This document shows positions 37,134-45,845 of a stretch of DNA of 64,000 bases, piece after piece. The translations under genes were made by a program, and so were the position numbers. The stretch is from assembly GCA_023898585.1 (NCBI GenBank), contig CP060229.1, positions 854,587 to 918,586 of the forward strand, read 5' to 3'. Every line of letters starts with the position of its first letter. Position 1 is the first letter of the stretch. Source of the stretch: Candidatus Nomurabacteria bacterium (lineage in GTDB: Bacteria > Patescibacteriota > Minisyncoccia > Phycocordibacterales > UBA918). The notes below the pieces were generated by a model. That model was not told where the DNA came from. It worked only from the letters and a program-made list of their open reading frames with translations, and searched no databases.

Positions 37134-37883
37134 CTAGACAGTGCGCACGGCTGCATAAACAGCGTCGGGCGCAAGCTCATGTTTCAGGGGAACTATCGCA
37201 GCTGCCCATCGCCCGTTGTTACAAAACAACAGACTGCCGTGTAAATCGTCGTCTACACTTGCGTATGTCGTACCGAGAAACAGAATCTGCTTGCCTCCCC
37301 ATTCCTTTGGAATTATCCCCGGGTCAGAAAGCAGATACTCCAGTGCGGTCGCATTCAGAGGTTGCTTGTTCACGAGCATTTTCATGTAGTCGTAGCCACG
37401 CGGCCACTTGTTACAGGAAGGTGGTTTGGGTGAGAACAACTGAATGCTAGTCTGATCCCACGTAAAGAGTCCGTCGTTATGCATCACCACTTGCATGTTC
37501 GGTGGAGGAGAGGGTGACTTCGTGCAATCGAAGATGTAGTTGATTCCTCCATATCCATCAAACTCCCACTCTGCACGACGTGATGCTCGCACATACACCG
37601 TGCCAGCGGCAAGATAGTGCCAATCCTCGTGACGGAAGACGTCATCACGAAGTGAGACAAGCAATTTTCGTTTTGCAGGAATAACCTGGTGCTTCAAACA
37701 CCATTCGAGCGACTCTTCAGTCATGTACATGTAGGCATCGCAGTAACCTGGCTCTCTGAACACATTTGCTGTTTCGTCATACACGGTGTTCCTTGGTGAC
37801 ATTGGTGACCATTCAGGCACCAATGTTATATCGATTTTGACGAAGAACAGAACGGCTATTGCTACTAAAATGAGTTTCTTCAC
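37134..37883 (-). CDS. Secreted hypothetical protein encoded in a GC-elevated segment
   Basis: 249 aa; signal peptide MKKLILVAIAVLFFV; mature domain Trp/Tyr/Cys-rich; local GC ~50% over 36.95-37.9 kb against a ~40% background. Confidence 0.45.
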   Translation of the reverse strand: MKKLILVAIAVLFFVKIDITLVPEWSPMSPRNTVYDETANVFREPGYCDAYMYMTEESLEWCLKHQVIPAKRKLLVSLRDDVFRHEDWHYLAAGTVYVRASRRAEWEFDGYGGINYIFDCTKSPSPPPNMQVVMHNDGLFTWDQTSIQLFSPKPPSCNKWPRGYDYMKMLVNKQPLNATALEYLLSDPGIIPKEWGGKQILFLGTTYASVDDDLHGSLLFCNNGRWAAAIVPLKHELAPDAVYAAVRTV

Positions 37884-38163
37884 TTAATACACCCCTCAAA
37901 AGTTATTAACGATTTGTTAGTGAATCAATCAACTGATTGAGACTTTGATCAAGTTCTCGTGTCGCTTTCTCTGCACGTACCAGAGCAGGATCTTCTCTTT
38001 TGAGTAAAAAACTGTTTGTCTAGGAACCTCTTACGGTAGTCGTGTAGTTTCTTGGTGTCTTCGTTGTTACCAAGACAAAGTTGTGAGACGGTCATGTCAG
38101 TAGCCTCCGTAGTTTTGGTGTGTTGTCAGACTGCAATTTCTGGAGACATCCTAGCATTTCGAT

Positions 38164-38176
38164 TTGACACTGTCAA
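38164..38176. promoter_or_regulatory. Palindrome ttgaca-c-tgtcaa (second copy of the TTGACA-N-TGTCAA motif)
   Basis: Perfect 6-bp arms with a 1-nt spacer, in the 400-bp non-coding gap between the GC-rich secreted-protein gene and tRNA-Ala. Shares its arms with the palindrome at 46798-46818. Confidence 0.3.
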
Positions 38177-38287
38177 TAAATCGTTATATATTCATAGTCA
38201 TAAACTGCTCCCCACGATAACCCGAATATTAGAACACCAGGTGTCATTCCTAGCTAGGTGGTTATTTCGCCCCTTGCAACTTTTTTG

Positions 38288-38360
38288 TGGACTGTACAGG
38301 ATTCGAACCTGCGACCTCTTCCATGCCATGGAAGCGCTCTACCAGCTGAGCTAACAGCCC
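38288..38360 (-). tRNA. tRNA-Ala (anticodon GGC)
   Basis: Minus-strand sequence GGGCTGTTAGCTCAGCTGGTAGAGCGCTTCCATGGCATGGAAGAGGTCGCAGGTTCGAATCCTGTACAGTCCA: G3:U70 pair, D-loop AGCTCAGCTGGTAGAGC, anticodon loop AT-GGC-AT, T-loop GGTTCGAATCC; 3' CCA is not encoded (..GTCCA then CAAAA). Confidence 0.85.
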
Positions 38361-38463
38361 AAATTTTTTAAAACTGCAAATCTAGAAGCAGGTGATACTA
38401 ACATTACTATGAGTTCGGACAGACACTACTTTATCTCAATTTAGCAATTTGTACAGTTTAGTA

Positions 38464-38745
38464 TTAATAATCTAATGAAATCATCCCCCCTTCCAAGTAC
38501 TGTGCATTGTAGCCGTTGTCTACCAAAAACTCATTGAGTATCTGGCATCTCCTGCCACTCCTGCAAACAGTTACTATAGGTTTGTCTTTCATTAAGCTCC
38601 CGTTTTTCACTCTTTCGATTACAGTCGACAAAGGAATGTGAGTCGTGTTCCGAAGAAGAGGAATGCTTTCTACTTCATCATCTTCACGAATATCTATAAT
38701 CTCAACTTTCTCTGGATCTAGCTTTAAAAATTCATCTTTGGTCAT
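38464..38745 (-). CDS. Rhodanese-like sulfurtransferase (single domain)
   Basis: 93 aa; active-site loop TVCRSGRRC (CRxGxR). Confidence 0.7.
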   Translation of the reverse strand: MTKDEFLKLDPEKVEIIDIREDDEVESIPLLRNTTHIPLSTVIERVKNGSLMKDKPIVTVCRSGRRCQILNEFLVDNGYNAQYLEGGMISLDY

Positions 38746-38790
38746 TCCTTGTATTACTTCATTAGATTAGATTGTTAAAATTACAAAATC

Positions 38791-39582
38791 CTATTTGTTC
38801 ATGTTGCTGAGTTTTTCAGCTGTGCTGGCTTGCATCCATTCCTTCATTCCTTCAAAAGCTCTCAGTACTTCTATCGGGGTAGCAAAAACAACGGTGTTTG
38901 ATTGGTCAGAAGACAAATCATTAAGACTTTGTAAAGTACGAAGATGAAGCGCGCCGTTTGCTGAAGATAATATACTAGCCGCTTTGGCCATATTCTCAGC
39001 TGCTACCACTTCTCCTTCCGCCTTGATAATCACTGCTCTTCTTTCTCGCTCCGCTTCGGCTTGTTTGGCAATAGTTCGCTCCATATCTTCAGGTAGGAAA
39101 AAGTCTTTCAGCTCAACATTCTCTACCTTAATACCCCAAGCATCAGTCTCAGCGTCGATGATTTGTTGTATTCGTTCTGAAAGCTTGTCTCTTTCTGCTA
39201 ACACTTCATCTAAATCAGCGCCTCCTACAATATTGCGCATGGTCGTTTGAGCTAGTTGAGATACAGCAAAACGAAAATTTTCAACCTCCAAAATTGCTCT
39301 CGCCGCGTTTGATACCCTATAATAGATAACAGCATTAATACTGGCTGAAACATTGTCCCGAGTTATAACTTTTTGGTCAGGCACATCGACTGCCTTCACA
39401 CGCAAATCTACCTTCTCCATGCTTTGAAAAATAGGTACTACAATCCTCCAACCCGGCATTCTTAAGCCATTAGCATGGAACCTTCCCATCGTCAAAACAA
39501 CGCCTCTTTCGTATTGTTTTACTTCACGCAGAAAAACAACCAGTAAAAGTACAACAACAGCTACGATACTTAATATTTCCAT
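38791..39582 (-). CDS. SPFH/band-7 (stomatin-like) membrane protein
   Basis: 263 aa; N-terminal TM then SPFH core (YERGVVLTMGRFHAN... RDNVSASINAVIYYRV) and a coiled-coil tail. Confidence 0.75.
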   Translation of the reverse strand: MEILSIVAVVVLLLVVFLREVKQYERGVVLTMGRFHANGLRMPGWRIVVPIFQSMEKVDLRVKAVDVPDQKVITRDNVSASINAVIYYRVSNAARAILEVENFRFAVSQLAQTTMRNIVGGADLDEVLAERDKLSERIQQIIDAETDAWGIKVENVELKDFFLPEDMERTIAKQAEAERERRAVIIKAEGEVVAAENMAKAASILSSANGALHLRTLQSLNDLSSDQSNTVVFATPIEVLRAFEGMKEWMQASTAEKLSNMNK

Positions 39583-39621
39583 ACTATTATATTATTAGCG
39601 ACTCATTTTTGTAGTATATAT

Positions 39622-40461
39622 TCAAAGTCTTTTTTTGAGAATACCCATCGCCCCGTAAAGACCGGCTTCTTCACCGAGCTCTGCCATGGTGATGTGAGGA
39701 GTCGGAACAAAACCGTCAAGAACGGCGACCGTATACTTACGAATAGCGTCTATCTCAATTCTCGGGTCACCGGTTATCATCGAACCACCAAGAACAATCA
39801 CGTCCGGCGACCAGTACATGATCGTGTTTCTAAGACCCTGAGCGAGATACTCCGCGAGTTCGTCCCACACCACGTCACTTTGTGGAATTTCATAAGCCTT
39901 CATGCCAAATCTTTCCGCCACTGCTGTGCCGGAAACTAAGTTTTCTAAGGTTGGTGTTATATCATCTCCCAAGACCGTTCGGTCTATGTCAAGAATTTGG
40001 TGACCAGGTTCGAAACCTACGCTGGCCATATCAATTTCGCCGTCCTCAATTTTAACCCCCCCTACCCCGCTACTTATTGTGTGGAAAGCGACCACATCAA
40101 GACCTTTGCCGGCTCCGTAAACCGCCTCACCCAATCCGGCGATAGCTGAGTCGTTTTCCAAAAAAATCTCCACCTTATAGTGTTTTTTAAGAGCATCCAC
40201 AACTGACTTACCGGCCCATTTAGGAATTAAACTGTCGTTTGTGATACCGGTTTTTTCTTCATTTAAAGGCCCACGAATTCCTCCAGCAATAGCTGTTACT
40301 TTATCGTTTGTCAGCTTCTTAACTGTTGCCACCATTTGCTCGATGCCTTTGTCAAATTCTTGTGGGGTGTTAAAAGATTCTGATTTATCTAGAGTTTTTA
40401 AATCCCCACTTACTCCCATTCGAATTTTAGTCCCCCCGATATCAAAAAGTATGTATGTCAT
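39622..40461 (-). CDS. ROK-family sugar kinase (glucokinase-like)
   Basis: 279 aa; N-terminal ATPase motif ILFDIGGTKIRMGV and a glycine-rich ROK region (ENDSAIAGLGEAVYGAGKG). Confidence 0.6.
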   Translation of the reverse strand: MTYILFDIGGTKIRMGVSGDLKTLDKSESFNTPQEFDKGIEQMVATVKKLTNDKVTAIAGGIRGPLNEEKTGITNDSLIPKWAGKSVVDALKKHYKVEIFLENDSAIAGLGEAVYGAGKGLDVVAFHTISSGVGGVKIEDGEIDMASVGFEPGHQILDIDRTVLGDDITPTLENLVSGTAVAERFGMKAYEIPQSDVVWDELAEYLAQGLRNTIMYWSPDVIVLGGSMITGDPRIEIDAIRKYTVAVLDGFVPTPHITMAELGEEAGLYGAMGILKKRL

Positions 40462-40497
40462 GTTATGGATTATATCTTATCATGGATAATAGTTTGA

Positions 40498-40740
40498 GAA
40501 ACTGTCTGAAGTCTCACCATGAAAATAATTGTTATTTAAATTCATTTCGGGTCGTCGTGGCTAAAAATATGGCTACGAAAATACGCTTCGCACTCAACAT
40601 ATCCCGATATGCTTCGTGCTCCAGCTTGTTTCTCACCACTAGAGTACTTCCGTCTTCATAGTCGCTAATCTCTCCTTGAAGACTAGGTCGCGCTCATATT
40701 TTTAGCCACTTTGGACTCCGATGAGACTTCAGACAGTTTC
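40498..40740. mobile_element. MITE-like palindromic repeat, copy B (243 bp) with 19-bp terminal inverted repeats
   Basis: TIRs gaaactgtctgaagtctca (40498-40516) / tgagacttcagacagtttc (40722-40740); internal IR gtggctaaaaatatg / catatttttagccac; core is ~90% identical to the reverse complement of 26494-26640. The right TIR overlaps the pgi stop codon by 1 nt. No conserved ORF. Confidence 0.6.
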
Positions 40741-41999
40741 TAAGACCTGAGACCAAGAATGGCCCGGGTCTTGATTTTATAAAGTTCAACATTTGGCTGA
40801 TCGAAGGCGTTGACATTCATAAGCTCCGCTACATACATTGTTTCCAACATACGCATACCCATAAAAAGGCCGAGAGCGTATGGCAAATCTTCAGTAAATA
40901 TTGTTGAGCGGTATGGCAACTGACGTTCTCTGTAAGCTTCTATCACCCCTCCATAAATAGCTGTTGCTACCTCCTCCGCATCAAACCTTCCAAAAATTTT
41001 TGACATTCCTTTTTTAGGAATATCGTAGTTAGCGGAGTCATCGTCGAAAGTGACAAAATCAGTATATACTCCTTGAAAACCGCTGAAATATAATTGTCCA
41101 ACTGAGTGTAGTTCCGTCGGGGTCGAGACTGTAGGTAAAAAACCGCTCTTGACTAGCTTTCCCGCACGGTCTTTTTCTTTGCCAATACTTTCCGCAAATA
41201 GTTGTCTGTACCATGCTCCCAGCTTATACAATCGCGACTCAAAGGCGAAAAAATTATAGTGCTTGAAATTCTTTACCATGTAGTGTTGTAGCTTGACTGC
41301 GCTTTCTGCTACCACAGACTCAAACTCATCCTCCAGAACATCAACCACTCCCGAGATAAAGGAGTCGGTATCGTGACCTAAAATCGCTAGAGGCAGGAGC
41401 CCGACTTCTGTCGCAACAGAGTATCTACCACCAACGATTGTCGGCATATCAACGATGTTTGCACCCAATCTTTTCCCTGTCTTCATAAAATCCGTCCCGG
41501 GGTTGCCGATAAAAATCGTTTGACCGTATATAGTTTTACTGAACCTTTTTTCTAAGATATCTAAAATAATTCCGGCGTTGACCAGAGTTTCAGTGGTATT
41601 GCCCGATTTGCTCACAACACAAACAGCTATTTTTTTTACCGAACGAACACTTTGCAGTTCCTCGACCAACAAACTCATTTTATGGGTAGAGACATGATCC
41701 AATGAATGAAGTTTCACTTTACCTTTGTCGAGAACTTCATGAACAGCTTCCGTACCCAGATTTGAACCACCAATTCCAACCAGCACTAGGTGTTGCACGC
41801 CTTTAAACTGCTTTTTGATATTATCAACGAGATCGTGTACTTGCGGATTTCTTGTATGCACGAGAGAGTATTCAGGTCTACAGTTGTCATTGTCTTCCCT
41901 AACTTTCTTCACTTCATCTCGATACTTCTTCAACTTTTTCATCCCTACCTGCTGTGTTTTCGGAGTGAGTGAATTAATATCAAAATAAGAAAAATTCAT
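40740..41999 (-). CDS. pgi: Glucose-6-phosphate isomerase
   Basis: 419 aa; PGI signature region (HLVLVGIGGSNLGTEAV) and SIS-domain organisation. Confidence 0.8.
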   Translation of the reverse strand: MNFSYFDINSLTPKTQQVGMKKLKKYRDEVKKVREDNDNCRPEYSLVHTRNPQVHDLVDNIKKQFKGVQHLVLVGIGGSNLGTEAVHEVLDKGKVKLHSLDHVSTHKMSLLVEELQSVRSVKKIAVCVVSKSGNTTETLVNAGIILDILEKRFSKTIYGQTIFIGNPGTDFMKTGKRLGANIVDMPTIVGGRYSVATEVGLLPLAILGHDTDSFISGVVDVLEDEFESVVAESAVKLQHYMVKNFKHYNFFAFESRLYKLGAWYRQLFAESIGKEKDRAGKLVKSGFLPTVSTPTELHSVGQLYFSGFQGVYTDFVTFDDDSANYDIPKKGMSKIFGRFDAEEVATAIYGGVIEAYRERQLPYRSTIFTEDLPYALGLFMGMRMLETMYVAELMNVNAFDQPNVELYKIKTRAILGLRS

Positions 42000-42000
42000 A

Positions 42001-42741
42001 CTATATCTGTCTTACATTCTTAATTTTCTTTACTTCTTTTTCTATGTATCTCAGTGCATCTTCGACATTATCGACAATGTGAAATAGATCCAAATCTCCT
42101 TGACTAATAGTCTTGTACTTCTTAATAAGGTTCTGCTCAAAAAATTGAATCAGTGGTCCCCAATAATCTTTTCCATAAAGAACGACTGGGATCGGATCAA
42201 TTTTTTTAGTCTGTATCAGTGTGATAATTTCAAAAAATTCATCGAGCGTGCCAAAGCCACCTGGAAAATAAACATATACTTCCGACGCGAAAGTCAACAT
42301 AACTTTTCGGGAAAAGAAAAAGTTGAAATTGAGAGACTCTGTCGTGTATGGATTGAGCTTTTGCTCAAATGGCAGTTCTATATTTAAACCGACCGATTTA
42401 CCACCCACTTTAAACGCTCCGACATTGGAAGCTTCCATTATACCTGGTCCCCCACCGGAAATAACCGTAAAGCCTTTTTTTGCTAACTTGGAAGCAAGTT
42501 CTTCCGCTTCTTTGTAATACTGGTCATCGGGAGTTGTTCTGGCGCTTCCCCAGAAAGTCACTGCTAAACCATGACTTCGTAGCAACTCAAAGCCTTGGAC
42601 AAATTCCGACATGATACGGAAGACTCGCCACGATTGGACTGCGTCTCCGTCTGCTCCCTCTGGATCCAAGAGTTCTGTTATTACCCTACAGTTTTCCGGT
42701 TGACTGACTACTTTCTTAGCCTTTTTTCTATTTCCAAACAT
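42001..42741 (-). CDS. LOG-family (TIGR00730) nucleotide N-glycosidase / cytokinin riboside 5'-monophosphate phosphoribohydrolase-like
   Basis: 246 aa; VTFWGSARTTPDD..., ISGGGPGIMEA, and YVYFPGGFGTLDEFFE (the PGGxGTxxE motif). Confidence 0.7.
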   Translation of the reverse strand: MFGNRKKAKKVVSQPENCRVITELLDPEGADGDAVQSWRVFRIMSEFVQGFELLRSHGLAVTFWGSARTTPDDQYYKEAEELASKLAKKGFTVISGGGPGIMEASNVGAFKVGGKSVGLNIELPFEQKLNPYTTESLNFNFFFSRKVMLTFASEVYVYFPGGFGTLDEFFEIITLIQTKKIDPIPVVLYGKDYWGPLIQFFEQNLIKKYKTISQGDLDLFHIVDNVEDALRYIEKEVKKIKNVRQI

Positions 42742-42762
42742 ATCTTGATTGTACCACCCCTG

Positions 42763-43350
42763 CTACAGCCAAGGTATTTCAAATTGTTCAAATTCGGGGA
42801 GAAGTTTTTTGTCGAAAAGGAGCCGAGATGTCACTTCAGCGTGAGACATGGCGCCGGTTAGTGCTACATGTGGCCTTGGTTCTTCTGGGATACCAACATA
42901 GTTGAGAATCGCGTCGAGATCCAAAGCGGAGTGGTTATTCTTGGTTGGTGGTACTAGACCACGCTTGATCATATGCATGTAGCCGAGTGTGTGAGTATCG
43001 ACCACCTTATAACCAAAAGGAAATTCGAGGTTTTCACGATAAGCTGCGTTCATAAGAAACATCCGGTCAAAAAAAACGTTCTGTCCGACCAAAGTTCTTT
43101 CTCCAGTTAACTCTGACCAACCGATAAAGTTTCGAATAAGCTCACCTTCGGTCGGTTTTGCCTGGTCTGTCACTTCTTCCTTAGTGTAACCGGCATACTC
43201 GATTGACTCGTTATTGATGTGTGCTCCGTCCCAGACTCGACACTCCATGACAAAACGATTTTCGGGTTTCTCAAATTCAATAGCTGCCAAACTTACAATG
43301 GAAGCTTCGTGTGGTACCAAGCCAGAAAATTCACCATCGACTATTATCAT
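42763..43350 (-). CDS. DEDDh 3'-5' exonuclease domain protein
   Basis: 195 aa; Exo I IIVDGEFSG (D-x-E), Exo II FFDRMFL, Exo III HSALDLDAIL. Confidence 0.6.
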   Translation of the reverse strand: MIIVDGEFSGLVPHEASIVSLAAIEFEKPENRFVMECRVWDGAHINNESIEYAGYTKEEVTDQAKPTEGELIRNFIGWSELTGERTLVGQNVFFDRMFLMNAAYRENLEFPFGYKVVDTHTLGYMHMIKRGLVPPTKNNHSALDLDAILNYVGIPEEPRPHVALTGAMSHAEVTSRLLFDKKLLPEFEQFEIPWL

Positions 43351-43398
43351 GTTTAGAACTATATCATGCCGTGGTGATTTTCTGCTCCTACCTCAGCC

Positions 43399-43426
43399 TT
43401 TACAAGCTCATAAAGTGTGATATTAG
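43399..43426 (+). promoter_or_regulatory. Candidate sigma-70-type promoter for the 100-aa coiled-coil ORF
   Basis: -35 tttaca (43399-43404), 16-bp spacer, extended -10 TGa-tattag (43418-43426); strong RBS aaaaggagaaaag ahead of the ATG at 43464. Confidence 0.3.
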
Positions 43427-43463
43427 TATTATTAGGTCTAGCAAAACAAAAGGAGAAAAGTAA

Positions 43464-43766
43464 ATGCCGAGAGTGACAATCCAAAGCCTGCAGGAAGAAA
43501 TCAAAAAGTTACAAAGTGAGGTGGACAACCTAAACAGATCACTTCGAGCTGAAGCCGAGTCGAGGATAGCAATAGGCGAACTACTTAAGACAACAAAACG
43601 TGACCTCGCAAATGAAGTAGACAGGAGGCTAGTTATTGAGGGTTTTCTGGAAAACAAACGTAATGAGGTGGACGAGTATAGGAGTTACTACGAAGCAAAA
43701 AAAGTCGAAGTGAGTTTCTGGAAAGAAGCTCATCGGACTGTTATAGAAATTTTGTGCAAAAACTAA
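43464..43766 (+). CDS. Hypothetical coiled-coil protein
   Basis: 100 aa; strong Shine-Dalgarno (AAGGAG) 8 nt upstream; heptad-rich sequence; followed by an intrinsic terminator. Confidence 0.45.
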   Translation: MPRVTIQSLQEEIKKLQSEVDNLNRSLRAEAESRIAIGELLKTTKRDLANEVDRRLVIEGFLENKRNEVDEYRSYYEAKKVEVSFWKEAHRTVIEILCKN

Positions 43767-43786
43767 TGAGTGTTTCTCTTCATGAT

Positions 43787-43813
43787 CCCGGCTAAGTTGT
43801 AGCCGGGGTTTTT
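43787..43813 (+). terminator. Rho-independent terminator
   Basis: Stem cccggct/agccggg, loop aagttgt, then gttttt. Confidence 0.65.
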
Positions 43814-43817
43814 CAAT

Positions 43818-43902
43818 TCCTCCGAAGGGTTACCCTTCGCGAAGGGTAACCCTTCGGGATGTAAATTACCCTTCGCGAAGGGTAACCCTTCGGGATGTAA
43901 AT
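43818..43902. repeat. Tandem 36-bp palindromic direct repeats (2.3 copies)
   Basis: Unit tacccttcgcgaagggtaacccttcgggatgtaaat at 43831-43866 and 43867-43902, plus a partial copy at 43818-43830; each unit contains the perfect palindrome acccttcgcgaagggt. Lies between convergent genes. Confidence 0.6.
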
Positions 43903-43903
43903 G

Positions 43904-44275
43904 TTACTTCAGTCCTGGGCAGTTGGCGGCCGGCTGAAAGCCGGCCGCCTTTGCCAGCTCTACTGAGTCAAAAAATATTTTATTGTCATCTTTAATTTGG
44001 TTTGCGCCGGGACAGTCTAGCAGATGATATTTAGTACCGGAACGTGAAGCGACTACTGTAATTGATGGTTGGGCAGGTTCTTTGACCACACTTGTTGATG
44101 GGTCAGCTGGAGCCTCCGTTATGATTACAGACGCTAAAGAATGCGATTCTATTTCACGTCCTCCCGTTTCCCAAGATCTTCTTCCTAAACCGAACGAAAC
44201 TATACCGACCAGCAGTATTAAAATCGAATAAAAGAACGCGTCTTCAGACAATAATGACTTGAATTTTTCGTACAT
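43904..44275 (-). CDS. Membrane-anchored protein with Ada-type metal-binding-like C-terminal domain
   Basis: 123 aa; N-terminal TM (FFYSILILLVGIVSFGLG); C-terminal YHLLDCPGANQIKDDNKIFFDSVELAKAAGFQPAANCPG resembles the Ada N-terminal Zn domain (...FF.S.EEA.AAGFRPCKRC). Confidence 0.4.
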   Translation of the reverse strand: MYEKFKSLLSEDAFFYSILILLVGIVSFGLGRRSWETGGREIESHSLASVIITEAPADPSTSVVKEPAQPSITVVASRSGTKYHLLDCPGANQIKDDNKIFFDSVELAKAAGFQPAANCPGLK

Positions 44276-44317
44276 ATGTCGTATACTCGCGAAGTTAAAT
44301 TCTAATTATTATATCGT

Positions 44318-44599
44318 ATGGCACATAAAAAAGCTGGCGGAACAAGTAAAAACCTACGTGACTCACAACCAAGTTATCTAGGTGTGAAACGTAGTGATGG
44401 ACAAGCGATTAAGACTGGTCAAATTATTGTGCGCCAACGAGGAACTAAGATTGAGGGTGGAAAAGGCACAAAAGTTGGCAAAGATCATACTATTTTCGCA
44501 ATAACCGATGGTACAGTATCATTTAAAAACGTAAGAAAGACACGTTTCAACGGTAAGACTGTTTCTAAAAAAGCGGTAGAAGTAGTCGCTTCAGCTTAA
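44318..44599 (+). CDS. rpmA: 50S ribosomal protein L27
   Basis: 93 aa; [25 protein letters not shown]...[11 protein letters not shown], a classic L27 N-terminus. Confidence 0.9.
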   Translation: MAHKKAGGTSKNLRDSQPSYLGVKRSDGQAIKTGQIIVRQRGTKIEGGKGTKVGKDHTIFAITDGTVSFKNVRKTRFNGKTVSKKAVEVVASA

Positions 44600-44641
44600 A
44601 TCTTCTTAAAACCCGCTTGTGGCTTTGAAGCATAATAATTT

Positions 44642-44670
44642 AAAAAGCACTCCCTAGGGAGTGCTTTTTA
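44642..44670. terminator. Bidirectional rho-independent terminator between rpmA (+) and the cyclophilin gene (-)
   Basis: aaaaagcactccc-ta-gggagtgcttttt: 9-bp stem flanked by an A5 run and a T5 run. Confidence 0.7.
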
Positions 44671-44687
44671 GATGGTTGTGAATAGAC

Positions 44688-45392
44688 TTACTTAATTGTT
44701 GCCGATTCTATCACCACATCTTCCAAAGGCAAGTTATTAGCGTTGGTTTCGACTTGTCCGATGGTATCAACCACGTCCATGCCGGAAATTACTCTACCAA
44801 ATACAGGATGTTTGGATGACAACGGTTGTTTATCAAAGTCCAGATTAGTATTATCCACCAAGTTAATGAAGAATTGACTTCCACCAGAATTTGGTCCGCT
44901 GTTAGCCATAGAAATGGTACCGCGTTCATTCGTCAGCAATTTCCCTTTCACATGTTCATCTTGAATCACGTAACCTGGTCCACCCGTTCCGTAAGTTAGC
45001 ACGTTGTCTGTCTTGGTATTTGGGTCACCGCCTTGTATCATGAACCCGTCAATCACACGATGGAATTTAATACCATCGTAATAACCTTCCTTAACAAGTT
45101 TTACAAAGTTGCCAGCCGTAATCGGCATATCATCTTGGTACAACTCTATTTCGATAACTCCTAAATTTGTATTTAAAACAGCGATTGGATTCATATCATT
45201 ATTTACATCTACATTATAAGCCTCAAGGGCGGTAGCTTTTAAAGGTGCCGGTAGCGTTTCCGAACTAGTAAGTTCTAACTCTGGACTGTTACCAAACCCA
45301 CCATTGATCAAGAACATGACTCCGACAACCAATGCTGCACAAACCAGCAAAAGTATCACTATCGGCTTTGATTGTTGTAGTAAGTTATTCAT
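44688..45392 (-). CDS. Peptidyl-prolyl cis-trans isomerase, cyclophilin-type, membrane-anchored
   Basis: 234 aa; N-terminal TM; cyclophilin motifs YDGIKFHRVIDGFMIQGGDP and GTISMANSGPNSGGSQFFI. Confidence 0.8.
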   Translation of the reverse strand: MNNLLQQSKPIVILLLVCAALVVGVMFLINGGFGNSPELELTSSETLPAPLKATALEAYNVDVNNDMNPIAVLNTNLGVIEIELYQDDMPITAGNFVKLVKEGYYDGIKFHRVIDGFMIQGGDPNTKTDNVLTYGTGGPGYVIQDEHVKGKLLTNERGTISMANSGPNSGGSQFFINLVDNTNLDFDKQPLSSKHPVFGRVISGMDVVDTIGQVETNANNLPLEDVVIESATIK

Positions 45393-45404
45393 AAATTTAA
45401 ATTG

Positions 45405-45845
45405 TTACTTTTTTATCACTTCAATCTTAAATTTACCTCTTTTTTCACCCAAAACCAATTCGACTTCATGCTCGCCAATTTCCTTAATCGGCGCTTCAAA
45501 TGAAATCATGTTTGAATCGATTTTTACTCCGATAGCCTTTCCTGCCAGTGCGACATCTTGAGCATTAACAGCCTTAAAAGTGTGACCTTTTTCGTTCACG
45601 TCAGCTTCAATTTTTAACTTTGTTTCAGTCAGCGCTTTTAATGCTAATGTAAAGTGAGACTCATCAGCCAACTTGCTTAACTCTACCTCCGCGTGCAGTT
45701 TATCGATCCGCTTTTTGTTGTTTGCGGTTGCTGGCTCTGCCATTTTCATCGGGATCAGCTTGTTTAATGCGTAACCGTCCGGAACCACTACCAAATCTGA
45801 TTTCCTGCCAATTTTAGCTACGTCTTGTAAAAGGATAACTTTCAT
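45405..45845 (-). CDS. rplI: 50S ribosomal protein L9
   Basis: 146 aa; MKVILLQDVAKIGRKSDLVVVPDGYALNKLIP is an L9 N-domain; two-domain layout. Confidence 0.85.
   Translation of the reverse strand: MKVILLQDVAKIGRKSDLVVVPDGYALNKLIPMKMAEPATANNKKRIDKLHAEVELSKLADESHFTLALKALTETKLKIEADVNEKGHTFKAVNAQDVALAGKAIGVKIDSNMISFEAPIKEIGEHEVELVLGEKRGKFKIEVIKK

Noticed and set aside
38052-38354. 100-aa plus-strand ORF spanning the tRNA-Ala locus.
   Set aside because: It overlaps the tRNA gene antisense and the non-coding gap, and has no RBS or coding-like composition. Spurious.
43818-43902. Tandem palindromic repeats considered as a possible CRISPR array.
   Set aside because: Only 2.3 directly abutting copies with no spacers and no cas genes (the Cas4-like gene is 30 kb away). 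A tandem repeat, not a CRISPR array.
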